Part shown: piece after piece, positions 23,013-36,543 of the stretch | Numbering within the stretch: position 1 is the stretch's first letter | How the letters are laid out: each line of letters opens with the position of its first letter | NCBI RefSeq assembly: GCF_038025025.1 | Contig: NW_027117340.1 | Location: 930,001-994,000, forward strand | DNA: 64,000 nt | Source of the DNA: Phyllosticta citribraziliensis | Taxonomy: Eukaryota | Direction of reading: 5' to 3' | Program-made: the position numbers and the translations under genes | Notes under the pieces: generated by a model | Database searches by the model: none | What the model was told of the DNA's origin: nothing | The model's input: only the letters and a program-made list of their open reading frames with translations

Positions 23013-25094
23013 CTACGTTGCTGTTACTGCGTCCTTTGCGCCAGATCCCTCTTGGCTCGGCTCTAGGGTTGGCGCAGCCGATGCAATGTCTCCATTCTCA
23101 ACCTTGGATGCAGCGTCGTCGAGCTTTTGGCCGACTTTCTCGCTCTCTTGCTGTTCTTCTTCACCTCGTCTCTTCTCCTCAGCTGGCGCCCGGCCTTTTG
23201 CGTTGCCGGCCGCTGCGCATAGATCCTTGGGAGGCTCGACACGTCGACTCAGTCTGCGGCCCAAGCGACCTCGCCAACCTCTCTTTTTCTTCTCGTCTTC
23301 TTCCGCTTTCAGGACTTCGGCCTCCCTCTTTGCTGCCTGCGTGTGGTCCATCTCTCTCTCCTTTCGCCCCTTTGCATCTTCAGGCCTCAGAACTGCCTCC
23401 TCGCTTCTCTTCAATACCTCTCCAACGCCCTTGACCCGCCTTCTCGTCTTGACCCATGCCTCGAGGCCGACCAGGACAGCGTAGCTGCGCGATATGCTGA
23501 CGTGCGACATGTCGACGCCGGCGTCGCGCAGGGCGTGGACAAAGGCGCGAAAGTTGGACGTTGGGGGTCTGTAATGGCCAGAAAGCGGCGAGAGTTGGGT
23601 CAAGAGGCCATCTTTGACTTTGAGGAGACCAGCCGCGCTGATGCGTGAACCGTGGAGAAAGCTCGAGTGTTGAAATGCGCCCGATTGCTTGATACCGACA
23701 TATAAGCGGAATGATGTGTCTGCGACCTAGTGGGTGGATGAGGAAATATCAGAGTTAGTCACAATTGTTGACAGGCGAAAAAGAATGTGGACGCACGAAT
23801 ATCCAACTGTTGGGCTTGACAGATTTACGGAGCAAGTGATCGAGCACTGCCGCGGCGGAAATGTGCTTGACTTTCTTGACGCCTTTGGTTTGCTTCAAGT
23901 CGCTGTTGACGTAGTGGTTGCCTTCGGGACTACCAGTCCTGGAAAAGATGGAGCTGACACTCGAGCTCGAGCTGCTCGACGACGACGTCGTATTTCTGGA
24001 AGCAGGACCCCCTGGTGAGCGGAACTCGGGCGTATCTTGGTCAGATGTCGGCACGATGCCGTTGATGCTGTCTCTGTAGTCCATCGATGTGCTGATTCGC
24101 TCGCCGTTTTTGGCCCAGCAGAGACGTCCGTCCTTGTCGATATTGACCAGGTAGTTGAGGCGCTCCTCGCGACTCAGATAGCGCACTTGCTCGCGTTCGA
24201 GCCGCTCGCGCGAGCAGGTGGGAACCTCGAGATGCTTGCCTTGGCCATAGTCTAGCCAGTAAAAGAAATTTTCGTGCGTGTCTGCCTTTTTCCACTCTTC
24301 ATGGTATGCGCGCAAATTCGAGCCGTAACGATGTTTCGAGTCGACGAGTTCGAGATAGTACTGTAGCTGCATCTTTTGCGCCGTTTTGTCGCGCAATCGT
24401 TTGGCTTCAATCTTGCGTTTCCTCCGCGCTTCTTTTTCCTCGGGCGTCAGGGTCCCGGTGTCGACTGACGACGTGTCGCTCTGGTGGTCATCGGTGCCGG
24501 CGCGGAGGGCTATGGTAGCCACTCGCCTCCAAGTCTCTCGCACAGGTTCTGAGGTGCCGCGCGGGCGACCAGTGGGAGCAATGGAGCCGGGTTGCGGAGG
24601 GCTGCTGTCGTGGCGCGATCGAGGGCGCGTTGCATTTCTGTAGCGCGCTGAAGAATTTCAGCAACGATCAAGGCCAGGTGAAGACGGGGATGGGCGTGAT
24701 GGTGGAGACAACAACTGACCCTCTTTTACGGCCTGCAGCGCACGTCCGTTAGCTATCACCAGGCAGACAAACGCAACACCCAAGACAGCATTGTGCAAAT
24801 GACGTAGAAATGGGACGACAGAGTGTGAGACTGGTCAGATTGGCCGGAAAAGGGAAAACCGTGTCTTACCTCGATCCAGCGGGTTGAAGCGTCCAGCCTC
24901 AGTCCTTGTAGCTGCCTGCGCTCGCGATAGCCGCGATAGTTCCGCTGGATCAGCTTCGCAGCCAGCTCCTGTTGGGCCTGGGTTTTTGGCGCATGCAGGG
25001 CGTCATACTTTTCATCCTGAGCCTTTGCGATGGCGCGGAATTGTTCTTTTGACGGAACCGGGAGGTCTGCAGAGGCGGGCGACGAGGTGGACAT
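23013..25094 (-). CDS. IQ calmodulin-binding motif protein (IQM-like, 4 exons)
   Basis: ATG at 25094. IQ motif AAKLIQRNYRGYRERRQL. Introns 24869-24733, 24719-24648 and 23796-23727. Conserved blocks: YYLELVDSKHRYGSNL, NFFYWLDYG, VRYLSREER, FQHSSF and LSPLSGHYRP. Confidence 0.9.
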
Positions 25095-28000
25095 TACATG
25101 TACGACGTGCGGAGGGACGAGGGGTGGTTGTGTGGTGTGGGGTAGGGCTAGCGGTAGTGGCGGCGGGATGCGAAGGGGGGTGAAGAAAGATATTTCAGGC
25201 AGGCTTGTACATGTAGCAGGCTGGCTGAGTTGGATGCAACAGGATGGATTGTCCTGTCCTGCTCTGCTCTGCTCTGCTGGTGACCGATGATGACATTGCG
25301 CGGGGGAGGGACCTGCCTGGGACCTGCCTGGGACCTGCCTGACTGACTGCCCGGTGTAGGTGAAGTACCGCCGCAGGCACATGCAAAGCAACCGCTCGCT
25401 CGCGAGACAGCGCATCTCCCTTTTTGCCAGATGGCAAGGTTTCATGCCCGTCGACTCGGATTGATCCATCGTGCCTCCACCGTCAATGGCCGTCAACATC
25501 TCTCTCGTCAAAAATTTTCAGACATGTCGCTGAACCATGTCCAGACAGACCCTGATGCTCGTCATACTGTCGCGCTGAGCTGCCTCGGGCTAGGAGAGGC
25601 GCCGGGGTGGCAGGGATCGCGCCCTGTTACCATCCCAGGCACCCCGGCAACTCTTCCGTCCACCAACCTCAGGTCAACGCCCCGTCTGCCACCGTCTCTT
25701 CTCTTCGGCCTGTGGCGGAATCACGTCGCCATTGACTGTCCAAGCATCCTCCAAACTCGTCCGCTCCAACGTTACCTAAACTCGCTACCCGCCACTACGC
25801 CACTAGGCTCAAACGTCTTGCCGACGCAAACCACAGCCTCCCCCCTCCGATAATAACGTCGCCCAACTAAACACATGGTCCTCACTGCCTGGAACACCAT
25901 CGCTTTGCGTCTTTATTCCTTGCGTCGTCGAGCCAACCGTTGCAACGGCAAGACGGGCTAACAAATGGAGACCGGCAGCCCAACCGGGCACATTTACACT
26001 ACCTACCTCAGTCTTCATGACATGAGCCCGTTGAATGCGCCCCATGTTGCTACACCCTTGTTTCATGCCTGACTCGGTGCCATGGACTGTAAAGACAGGT
26101 CGCGTCATGGCCATGTATGATTCCAAGCTTGCGACTTTTCGATTTTGACAAGGCGCAACCGAAGGCCTCATGAGAAAATGCCGTCGGCTATGTCGCAGTC
26201 AAGTTGTCGCACAGAGCCACGTTCATATTCAAGGTCGCTAAGTTTTTGATGAATCCGCCGTTCTAGGTCCTCGGTTGACCTGTTCGGGGACAAATCAAGG
26301 GCTTCACGTGCAGTGTCTTCTTGGTCGTTCGCTTCCGTCCGTTCTCCATCTCCAAGAATGACCTCGTTCTTGGGTTGCATCTCTGAATTACAATTTCCGG
26401 GCCGAAGTAATGAATTTCTTCTTTCGACACCGACCGTGACCATGGCGAGAGCCTTCGTGCCTTTGTTTGCCAAGACTTTATGACACGAAAGTTTTCTGCC
26501 ATGCCAAAGTTGAAGCGAGAAGCTTGAATGACGGCAAGTCAGCACCCATGACTTGGGCTCGAGTTTTGCTTACTCCATAAACGCTCATACGTTGACTTTG
26601 TGGCTGGTGGTGGAAAGGATGACTTGGCCTTCCAATGTGTACTCGTGCAGGTCATTCCACGTCGGTTCAGTAAGCAGCATCCTGGTCCCAGACGAGTCTA
26701 GATCCAAGACCGAAGGTGGCGCATCGCAAACACCATTCCAACAGTGGGGGCGCGACCATGAAATGGCCGGATTGCACGCTGAAGAATCGTTTTGGCGACG
26801 AGCAGGGTCGACGAGCTTCAAAGAGCAAGATGCGCCACGCGAGCGAAAACTGCGGGCTGCTACGGCTGACGCGGCGGAACGGCCAGGAAGGCTGATGAGC
26901 TAGTCAAGGTGCTTCGCGGCGATGAGCTCAGTGTCGTTTCTGCAGGCTGGCAAAAGGAAAATGTCGGCGGGCGAGCGGGAAGCATGCGCCTTGGCGGCAG
27001 CACGCTGTGACTGGCATGCAAGTGCCGACGTCCGCATCAGGGCCGGGCAATGGCAGCGTTGCCCGAAAGCAATGCCCGAAGTGCGAGGGATAGAGGAGAA
27101 CAAAACAGGCCTAGAAAGCAGAATTGTTGACGATTGAACGGGGCCGACCGTGGTTATAAAGACCAAAATGATGGACGTGGTTGGACCGTGGATCGCGGCT
27201 GGATCGTTGACGCCAGGGAGGTTGAGACACGAGCGGAGGCACGGCAATCAATGTGCCCAGAACGGCATCCCTGCATCCTTGTCCTCAATAACCTCGCAGC
27301 CCACGCCTTGCGTCGACGACCATCAGCGCTTCGCCATGGCGCTTGGTACATAGGTAGACGAGCTGGAAAAGGCACGTGAAGGCGGCCGTTGGAGAAGCAG
27401 AGGCTGGAGCGATGAAACCAAGGAAATGAGAAATGGGCTCATCTGGCGCACGCGACAGAAAAACGAACGAGAGACGGATGGGCGGCGCAGGGACGAGAGG
27501 GAGTGGCAGCCATGGCCGGGGCAGATTGACCATGGCAGCCGAGCAGATTGACGGGCGAGCAGAGAGAAGAGATGGGTCAGAGTTTGTGACCAAAAGTAGG
27601 AGAGGGCCATCTGATGAGGTCGGCGGGCCAAGGCGCTACTTCCTGATTCTGCCTAGCCGTCTTTTGGACTGCAACCGCCCTCAGGCTCAGGCTCTGGGTT
27701 CAGCTTCAGGCTCAGGCTCAGGCTCAGCGGCCTCTCCACTGCTCAACCATGCCGTGACCTGGACGGGAGCCAGACGACCGTCGCCGTGTCTCAGATGATT
27801 CCGGCCGTCTTTTGTTCAAAGTGCATCCATCCATCGCTGCCAATTTCCTGTGCTCGCGCACCGTCTACATGTAGCCATGTACTGTACAGTACAAGCGTGA
27901 CGGGCCTCTACGTGTACCTACTACCTAAGCATCCATGCCGCTCCAACAAGCCTTTTTGGCTCCGAGGCCATGTGCCCTGGGCCAACGTCGAGACCCCCGT

Positions 28001-28932
28001 TGTGCCCGTGTTTTGGCGCAGAGGAATGCGACGGAGATGACCAAGGCGGCGACGAGCAGAGGGGGGGGAAGGAGAAGGGGGAAAAATCAAAATCAAAAGC
28101 TTGGGTTGGCATGATGTACGCCACGCTCCCACCGACAGGCAACAAATGATGTGAGAGGGCGCGCTGCTGCTTGGCCTGAACGGAAGAGGACGACTGGAGG
28201 CAGCCGTGTCGTGTCGTGCGTGTCGTGTCGTGGATGACTGAAGCTGCCGTCTCATTGGGCCATTTGCGAAGAGGCATCGGCCGTCGTCCTCGCTTCCAGA
28301 CGGGACCGGAGGACGACAAAGAGACGGCACGGACGAGAGGTGGGGACTGGCGTGGTCTGGTCGAAATTGTAGCAACGGTGCGGTGCGGTGCGGTGCATGT
28401 AGGAAGAAGTGGGCGAGGCATGAGATCAAATACTGTTGGAGCAAGCAAGCTGGGGGCTTAGCGTGGCAGCGTAGCGTCAGGCGAGGATCCTTGTCCCGTC
28501 ATTAGTCGTTAGCTGCGAGCATTAGGCCTGCCGCTCCAGCGGCCTTCTCGACTCTCTCTCTTTCTCTCTCCCCAAATCCATCCACCACTCCATTCTTCTC
28601 CCATTCTCCCCGTCCACCACCACTCCGCTCGGCCCTCGCTCCACCTCCACCGCCGTGTCCTTTTCCCCCCCCACCGTCTCTGTCTAGCCCCTTGATTCTC
28701 CCGCTTCCCATCTCACAACCATTTCCCACCATCCCTCCTCTACGCGATCATCCCCGAGATATTCGCGTTTTGCGGCCGCCATCCTGCCCTGTCTGCGCCA
28801 TCCTCTTCAATGCAGCGTTGATATCGTGCCACGACGGCAACGCCCCGCCTCGAATCTCATCAGGCGGCCCTCTGAGAGTCGTGGCTTTCTCCCTCCACAC
28901 CTTTCCCCCAGTGATTTCTCCACCTCCCTCTC

Positions 28933-31900
28933 ATGGTTGATGGCGACACCGAGGGGGGTCGTGGTTCGTCCTTCCGCGCACTCAACCACGCCCACCCAGA
29001 CACCGTGAGCCCTCCGGACGCCGCGCAACCTCGCGCCCCCCAGGTCGACGACATGCCCCGGGACATGTCCCCCAGCACCGAGGATTCTTCTCACCACACC
29101 GCTCCGCATTCCGCCAATGTGCACCTGGCCGCCGAGCGGGACGCACAGCAAACCCCCCCGGCCCCGTCTGCCACGACCCAGTCTGCAGCGCCCTCGCAGT
29201 CCCAGCCGGCCACCATGTCCGCTTCGGCGCCAGCACACGCGCCCGCAAAGGACGACACGCCGGCGAGCACGAGCGGCTACGGCACTCGCTCGCGGAACCG
29301 TCCAGGCACCGCCAGGATCAATTATGCCGAGGACGTGGAAATGGATTTCGAAATGCCCGCCGCCGCCGCCGCCGCCGCTGCCGCTGCCAACGGCAACAAC
29401 GGGACCTCGTCCGAAAGAACCACTCGTAGTCCTGCCAGCGGCCTTGACGCTACTCATTCCCCGGCTCCGAGCGCCAAGAGGGGTCCGGCCGCAGCCACAA
29501 ATGGAACTCCCGTCTCTGCTGCCCCCAGCAGAGATTCCTCCACGATACCCGGAACTTCGACCTTCAATGCAAATCCCAACGCGACCGCCGCCACCGCTCA
29601 GGGCAAGAAGCGCAAGGCTGGCGGCTCCCACGGAGCCAACTCCAATGCGCCGCCCGCCTCTGCCGCTGCACCATCATCAGCGGCAAAGCGCAAGGATGCT
29701 CTCGTGGCGGCAAACATGCGCCGCGAGACCAACATGATGACTTTTGAAAAATGCGGCGCCCTTCTCAACGACAAGAAGCAACTCGAGGCCGACGACGGCA
29801 CCGTCCTCGCCATTGATGGTAAAACTTCCTCCCCCACTGGAGCGCATGAATTCGCGCAAAAAAAAAAAAAAAAAAAAATACAAATCGTCCAATACCAATT
29901 ACTAATTGTTTCGCAGATCATGTCTATCTGGTTTGCGAGCCGCCAGGCGAGCCCTACTATCTCTGCCGTATCATGGAGTTTTTGCACGTCAACACCGGGG
30001 AGCCAGATGCCCCAGCCCCAGTGGACTCCCTTAGAGTGAACTGGTACTACCGGCCTCGCGACGTGTTGCGCTACAACAATGATACGAGACTAGTCTACGG
30101 AACCATGCATTCCGACATTTGCCCGATCGCGTCTCTGCGTGGCAAATGCCACATCAAGCACCGCAGCGAAATAGACGATCTCGAGGAATTTCGCAGAACA
30201 AAGGACTCGTTCTGGTTCAACCAAGTTTTCGATCGTTTTATTCATCGCTGGTATGATGTAATACCCGTGGCTGCCGTAATCAATGTCCCGGAAAGGGTGA
30301 AGAAGGCGCTAGATGAGAGATGGAAGTTTGTCGTGGTGGAAACAAGCCGAGTCAAGGAGCTCACCAGCGCCGTGAAAACTTGCAAGCGCTGCTCTGGTTA
30401 TTGCGCTACGTGAGTTTTTGTGGTCACCAAGTGGCGCCGGTCAGCTGACACCTTGCAGCAACGATTCTGTCGAGTGTGCCGTATGCCACAACACCTACCA
30501 CATGAATTGCGTTCGACCCCCTCTGCTGAAGAAGCCTTCTCGAGGATTTGCCTGGGCCTGTGGACCATGTGGAAGGGCCCAAGAAAGAAAACTCGAAGCA
30601 CGCCGCACTCCCATCATTGGTGAGGCCGCCATTTCTCAGGAGGAAGAGGAGCAGGTGGATGAAGAGGAAGAGGATGCTAACGCGTTGGTCAACACCACCG
30701 CTCCTAGCCCAAGCGGTTCCGATGCTCCCGTTGACGACCATCCCGCAACGCAGGCTGAGATTGCACTGGCAAAAATGTGGCCCATGCGCTATCTTGGCAT
30801 ACATTGCCGGGTCGAGGACGCCCTGCAGTACGACGATCGAGCCATCTACCCTCGCGCAAGTTCACGGTTAGGTCCGCGCCACCAAGCAAATGTCAACGTT
30901 TGGCACGGACGGCCTGTGGAGCTTGTTAAGCCGTCTGAGGCGCGGAAACGCTTTAGGGCCGCAGGGCACAAAAAGGACAACAAAGCCAAAGAGTCAGCCC
31001 AAGCCGTTGAGGCAGAACGGGCCGAGAAGGCAAAGAGGCCGAAATGGGTCCAGGATGAGCCGCCGGGATACGTGCGACGAGGAGAAGACTTTCCCAATGA
31101 CGATCCGAGATGCACCGCAAAGGCCATTTTCAAGATGCCCGAATCGACCAGAGGAGAAGACGATGCGCCTGCTGACCGCGAAAGACTGGTAGATGAGTAC
31201 ATGAACAGGGCCAAGGCGGAATGTGCCAAGGTCATTGGAGTTCCCGAGTACGGCACCAATTTCTTGACAAAGGCGATTGAGCTCTTTTACGCACACAACT
31301 ACAACGCCGATGCAGCCATCGAGGCCCTGAAGAGGGTCAGCAGGAAGAAGGATCTGAGGGAGCCCGAGCCAAACAAGGAAGAACGGAAACGGTTCGAGGA
31401 GGCCGTCGCCAAATACGGATCTGAGCTGCGAAACGTCCGAGTTCATGTTAGAACCATGTCCCATGCCGACGTCGTCCGATACTACTACATGTGGAAAAAG
31501 ACTCCAAGAGGGAAAGAAATATGGGGCAGTTTCGACGGCCGGAAAGGAAAAAACCAGAAGCTCGCCGACCCTGCCTCCAAACTCGTCGATGACATTGCCG
31601 ACGACGTTGATGACTCCGCTTTCGACGTGGGCAAGGCCGAAAAGCTCAAGAAGAACTTCATTTGCAAGTTCTGCTCCACCAAAAAGTCTCGGCAATGGCG
31701 CAGGGCTCCCGGTGTTGCACCAGGTCAGACTGTGCTGGCGGACGGCCGCAGCAAAGAAAAGGGAACGCACCTCATTCCGGGTCTTTGCCAGCGCTGTGCT
31801 CGCTTATGGAGAAAGTACGCCATCAAATATGAAGACGCCGAGGAGATCATCAAGAAGATTTCGGCGACCGGCGGGAAGAAGTGGAGGAAAATGATTGATC

Positions 31901-34245
31901 AAGAGCTCATGGACGAGATCAATGCGGCGCAAAACGCGCCTCCAGAGCCGATCACGAGCATCGAGCCAACGAGTGACACGCTTCCTCCTCAACCCGAACC
32001 GCCGCGGAAGAGGCAAAAAGGTGCGACTGCTGCTCCGGAGAGGGAGTCCGCGCAGCAGACACCCGTGGAGCAACCCAAGAAAAAGGTTGCTCCTCCTCCA
32101 AAGCTGCCGACCCCACCGCCTCAGCCTGTCATGCCCAAGATGAGAGAGCTCCCTTGCGCAGTTTGTCTGCAACTTGAGCCGCTCGGCGACCAACGCTTGG
32201 TGTGTAAGGAATGCCGGCTGACGGTCCATCGCCAATGCTATGGTGTCACGGAATCCCGATCGGGCAAGTGGGTTTGTGATCAGTGCAAGAATGACAAGAA
32301 GGAAACCGTCTCATACGTATGTGTCGCCCAAACCGACAAGAAACCCACGGCTAACTCTTCGCAGACTTACGAATGTGTGCTTTGTCCTATCAAGGAGACT
32401 GTCCAGGAGTTGATTGAGCCCCCAAAGGTGTCTCACAAGAAGAAGAGCGACAAGGAGCGTGAAAAAGAGCGGCTCGAGAAAGAGTTGCGGGTGCAAAAGC
32501 TCAAGGAGTACCAGCAGCAGCAACGTGACAGGGGCCGGCCTGAGCTCCCCCGCGAACCCCTCAAAAAGACTGCGGAGAATAATTGGGTTCACTTGCACTG
32601 CGCCGTCTGGACGCCTGAACTCAAGTTCACGAATCCCAAAATTTATGAGCTTGTCGAAGGAGTGGGCACGCCGACCATCAAGTACGACCAAGTATGCAAG
32701 ATTTGCAAGACGAACAAGGGCGCTTGCACATCTTGTCACCAGTGCCACGCGAACTTCCACGTCGGTTGCGCGCACTCTGCGGGCTTCATTTTTGGCTTCG
32801 ACGTTACACCTGTCAAGAGCTCAAGAAGAGATGCAGTCCCGACTTTTTCTCTCGGCCAAGAAACGGGCTCGTTGGCTGCAGCGATCTGGTGCAAGGAACA
32901 CACGCCGAAGACCATTATACACCCGCTCAACGAAGTTGTCGATGAAGACGGGACCACGGCTCTGCAACTCTACGTGCAAAATTACAAGCAGGCCGACCCG
33001 ACGTTGACTGGGACAGCTCGCAAGGCGAATCTTCTGGATCAGTTTACAAGGAGCATTCCCACCTCCACTGCCGGCGCCCCTGTCAACCGCAGGACTTCAA
33101 TTGCGCAAGCTGGATCGAGATCGGCTAGAAATTCGACTGCGGGTTTGCCAAAACTGGAGGACCAGGAGTCTGATGGGCAAAATGCCGCATCGCAGCCTAA
33201 GGAAGGCATCAAATGCGAGTTTTGCGAAAAGCAAGTGTCACCAAAGTGGTGGGAAGTGTTGTCAGAGACACCTGGTTCACCCGACCCTGATCCTGATTGG
33301 CCAAAGAGCACAATTGAAGCAGTCAATGCTCGAACTACAAGCACCCCGGTACCTCAGGATGGCCCGAGATTCCCGAACGGCATCATCAATCCTGATCCAC
33401 CCGAAGCGCCAAAGTCGGAGAACATTTCCAGATCAGCATCGGCAAATGGCAGAATGTATACCCCCGAAGGCATTCCCATCCCTCGTCTCGGCACGTACCT
33501 GTGCAACAGATGCCATTGGAAGTGGACCCACAAGCCAAAACTGCTGATCCCACCTAAGAAGAAACCCACTCCGCCTCCGCAACCCATCAGATCTCCTCCA
33601 CGACAGTTCCCACCGCCTGCGGCGCCGCCGCCGCCGCCTTCGTCGTGGCGACCCATGGCTGCGGCACCGCCTCCACCCTCGACTGCCCCCATGGCTCCGT
33701 GGACTAGTCACCCTCCACCTCCTCTCAATGGCGTCACCCATTCGCCTCAACCGTCGGGGCCTCATGCGCCGCCACCGCTTCATCCGTACCATCCTGCGGT
33801 GGCCCAGCATCATCCGCCACCTCCGCCGGCCCCGCCCAATGGCTACCCTCCCTTCAATGTTCCTGGTGTGGCCCCTCCCGGCCCGCAAGGAACGATACGG
33901 TCCCCGTACGCCCCTCCTACGGTTCCGACGTCTTTGCATCATACAAGCTCTCCTATGCTTGCTGGCTTGTCCAACGGCATTCACTCTCCCCATACCGGAC
34001 CCTATGGGTCTCCTGCACCAGGGCACATCCCGCCGCCTCAGCGGCACACCGAGAGCCCGTTTCCCGGCCTGTATGGCGGCCCTCCTCATGGCCCACCCTC
34101 TCATGGAAGCCCTGGCCCTGGTTCAGCAGCAGTTGGCCCGGGCCCCATGCACAACAGACCATCCACGCCCCGCGACGGCCCTCTAGTGCAGAACGGAGCT
34201 AGCGGTGCGAGTGCTAGCCCCAACTTGCGCAATTTGCTTCATTAA
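28933..34245 (+). CDS. SNT2: SNT2-like chromatin protein / E3 ligase (BAH, PHD, ELM2, SANT, zinc finger, PHD/ePHD)
   Basis: Introns 29819-29916, 30409-30458 and 32317-32364. BAH (EPPGEPYYLCRIMEF, NWYYRPRD), PHD (CKRC...HMNC...WACGPC), SSRLGPRHQA, SANT (FEEAVAKYGSEL...YYYMWK), further PHD fingers and a Pro-rich tail. Confidence 0.93.
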
Positions 34246-34791
34246 GCTCATCGCATATTTCTGGTTACGAGTTGTAGAGGAGGATGACATCGTATTGCTG
34301 CTTTTGTCGATCATGGCGCCAGCTTGGCGAATGACTGAAATGAACTCGGACGGCGGATTCTCGAAGAGTGGCAGATCGAGTCAAATGAAGAGACGCAGCA
34401 CCTGGTCGTCGTCGCCGCGTTGGGCTGAAGGAGCTTGTTTCGTTTGCTTGAATTTTCTCCGGGTTTCGGGAGTTATCAAAGGCATGATACCAAGTCAAAG
34501 TGGGATTGAACGTGGCATACAGGACGCGGATCAGTAGTTGTACTATAGTCGTAGTTGATGAAGCATTGCTCGTTGCTGTCGTGTATGTTTGCCTTCATGT
34601 GCCCCTATGAGCCTTGACGAGGCGGCACGGCTCCGGCCGTTGGCGAGGCGGCTTCGATGTGGGGACATCCCTGCCGCAGATTTTAGCGCGACAGGGTTCG
34701 CGTCGACGTCAGCCATCCGTCGTCTGCTCCATGTCCACCGCCGACATCTAAATAACTCATATCACCGCTACTGCTGCTCTGCCTTGCCAAC

Positions 34792-35766
34792 ATGACCATT
34801 GGTCCAACTCTTCCTCCACACCTCCTCGCCAAGCGCAAGCGTGAACATGGCGACGACGACTCATCGTCTTCGAGCTCATCCTCTCCGCAACCCCAGAACG
34901 CGAACAGCGCCTCCCGCTCCAGCACGCCTGACGGCGAAAAACGCAGGCGTGTCCAAGGCCCAGCACCTCCGCCAGCGCCTCTGAATGAGATGCCCTCGGT
35001 TGGCCCAGACGCATCCGAAAGCGACAGCGATAGCAGTAGCGATGACGGCTTTGGCCCTGCGCCTCCATCTGCCGCCGAAGCTGCAAAGGCAAATCGCTCT
35101 TTCCCAGATCCGGGCCTAGTACTGACAACCAACAGGCTCATGCTGCATCGCAGGCCACTGATTACGGCATTCTTCCCCGCGATGGTCCACGAGACGAACC
35201 GAAGCAGAATCAGCGCGACGAATGGATGACGCTGCCGCCCGACGCAGACGGATTGGCCTCACGGATGGACCCAACGAAGCTGCGTGCGCGGGGCTTTGTG
35301 TCCGGTCGCGCAGCACGAGCAGCAGGCAGCGGCAACACTGGCGGTGGTGACATGAGTACTTGGACAGAAACGCCGGAGCAGAAGCGCAAGAGGCTGGAAA
35401 ACGAGGTCATGGGCATCGCGGCGCCAGAGGGCAAAAAGTCCAAGGGATCGGAGCGCGACATCAAGAGCAAACAGGACGAAGAAACGGCAAGACGGCTGAG
35501 AGAGAAAGGAGTGAGTTTCGGGCTAATGTGCAATGGGTCGATGTGGGCTGACCGATTGACAGGACAAGGCGAGGGGACCATCGCTCTTGGAACAACACAA
35601 GGGCAAGGCTGATCAGGGGGAGGAAGAGGATGATCCGAGCAAGAGAGCATTCGACAGGGAGAAGGACATGGCCGTTTCTTCGAAGATGGGCCACAAGGAG
35701 AAGCAGCAAATGTTCAGTCGCATGAAGGACTTTAGCTCCCAGTTTTCGGGGGGCAAGTACCTGTAA
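34792..35766 (+). CDS. GPALPP-motif / DUF3752 protein (3 exons)
   Basis: Repeated motifs IGPTLPP, QGPAPPP and FGPAPP, plus RDEWMTLPP, WTETPEQKRKRL and DDPSKRAFDREKDM. Introns 35089-35135 (GC-AG) and about 35511-35562. Confidence 0.88.
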
Positions 35767-36543
35767 GAGGAAGAAGCATGCGGCTTGATAGGGAGCTGGA
35801 GCGCTCATCATGGGGTCATACATGAGATCAGGCAATACTGTCCTGCGACTATCCACTGTGGGTCTGACTTGGAAAATTGACTGCTCACACGGGATTGCCG
35901 CCAATTTGAATATCACGTCATTTCAGCGCCATAAAAAGCACGACGAGTGCAGCTCCGATGTCAGGGACTTGATTGTTGACCCCACACGCTGCACCTCGAT
36001 GGGGCTTGTTTGAGGCTAGTCATGAAACGGCTACGCGCCCCGCCCGACTCGCGAGAGTTTGCAACGACGACCAAACCCGGAGGAGCCGATTGACTTTGTC
36101 TCTTTGCCCAGGACAAGAGGCTGCGTCGCTAACCTTGTGCCTACCTTACTTGAGTTGCCGGGATGTCTGGGCAAACGACTCCAAGCTGCTGCTGCTGCCA
36201 TTACCGATGATTATGGGCCTACGCAACCCCAGCGCTCGCGGCTATGATCTGCTATCCAGGTGCGGATGCCGGTGGCAGGCAAGAATAGAGCAGAATCAAG
36301 GTCGTACCTGTCGTTTGGAACGAAGCGCGCCTGTCCAGAATCATCTTCTAGAAGCGCGCTCGCTCTTCACTTACCACACGCGCGGTTATCCCTTGATGCC
36401 CTCCTGGGACAATACTTAAGCTCCGCCCTTTCCGGCTCGCCACTTTACTTCAACTCTGCACTCTCCACTGCTTCTACCATCCAACGAAACGATTCCCAAT
36501 TTCCACCTCGAACAACAGCAACAACAACACCAACTTTATCAAC

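Noticed and set aside
25809..27631. Cluster of short ORFs between the IQ gene and SNT2
   Set aside because: I could not build a convincing spliced model, and there is no codon bias or recognisable domain.
25309..27727. Short tandem repeats (GGACCTGCCT x3 near 25310; CTCAGG-type near 27680-27727) as a CRISPR-like array
   Set aside because: There are no unique spacers and the context is eukaryotic. They are ordinary mini/microsatellites.
29858..29878. A21 run in SNT2 intron 1 (and an A-rich run near 56756-56800) as possible retroelement tails
   Set aside because: No element body or target-site duplication is visible, so these are simple homopolymers.
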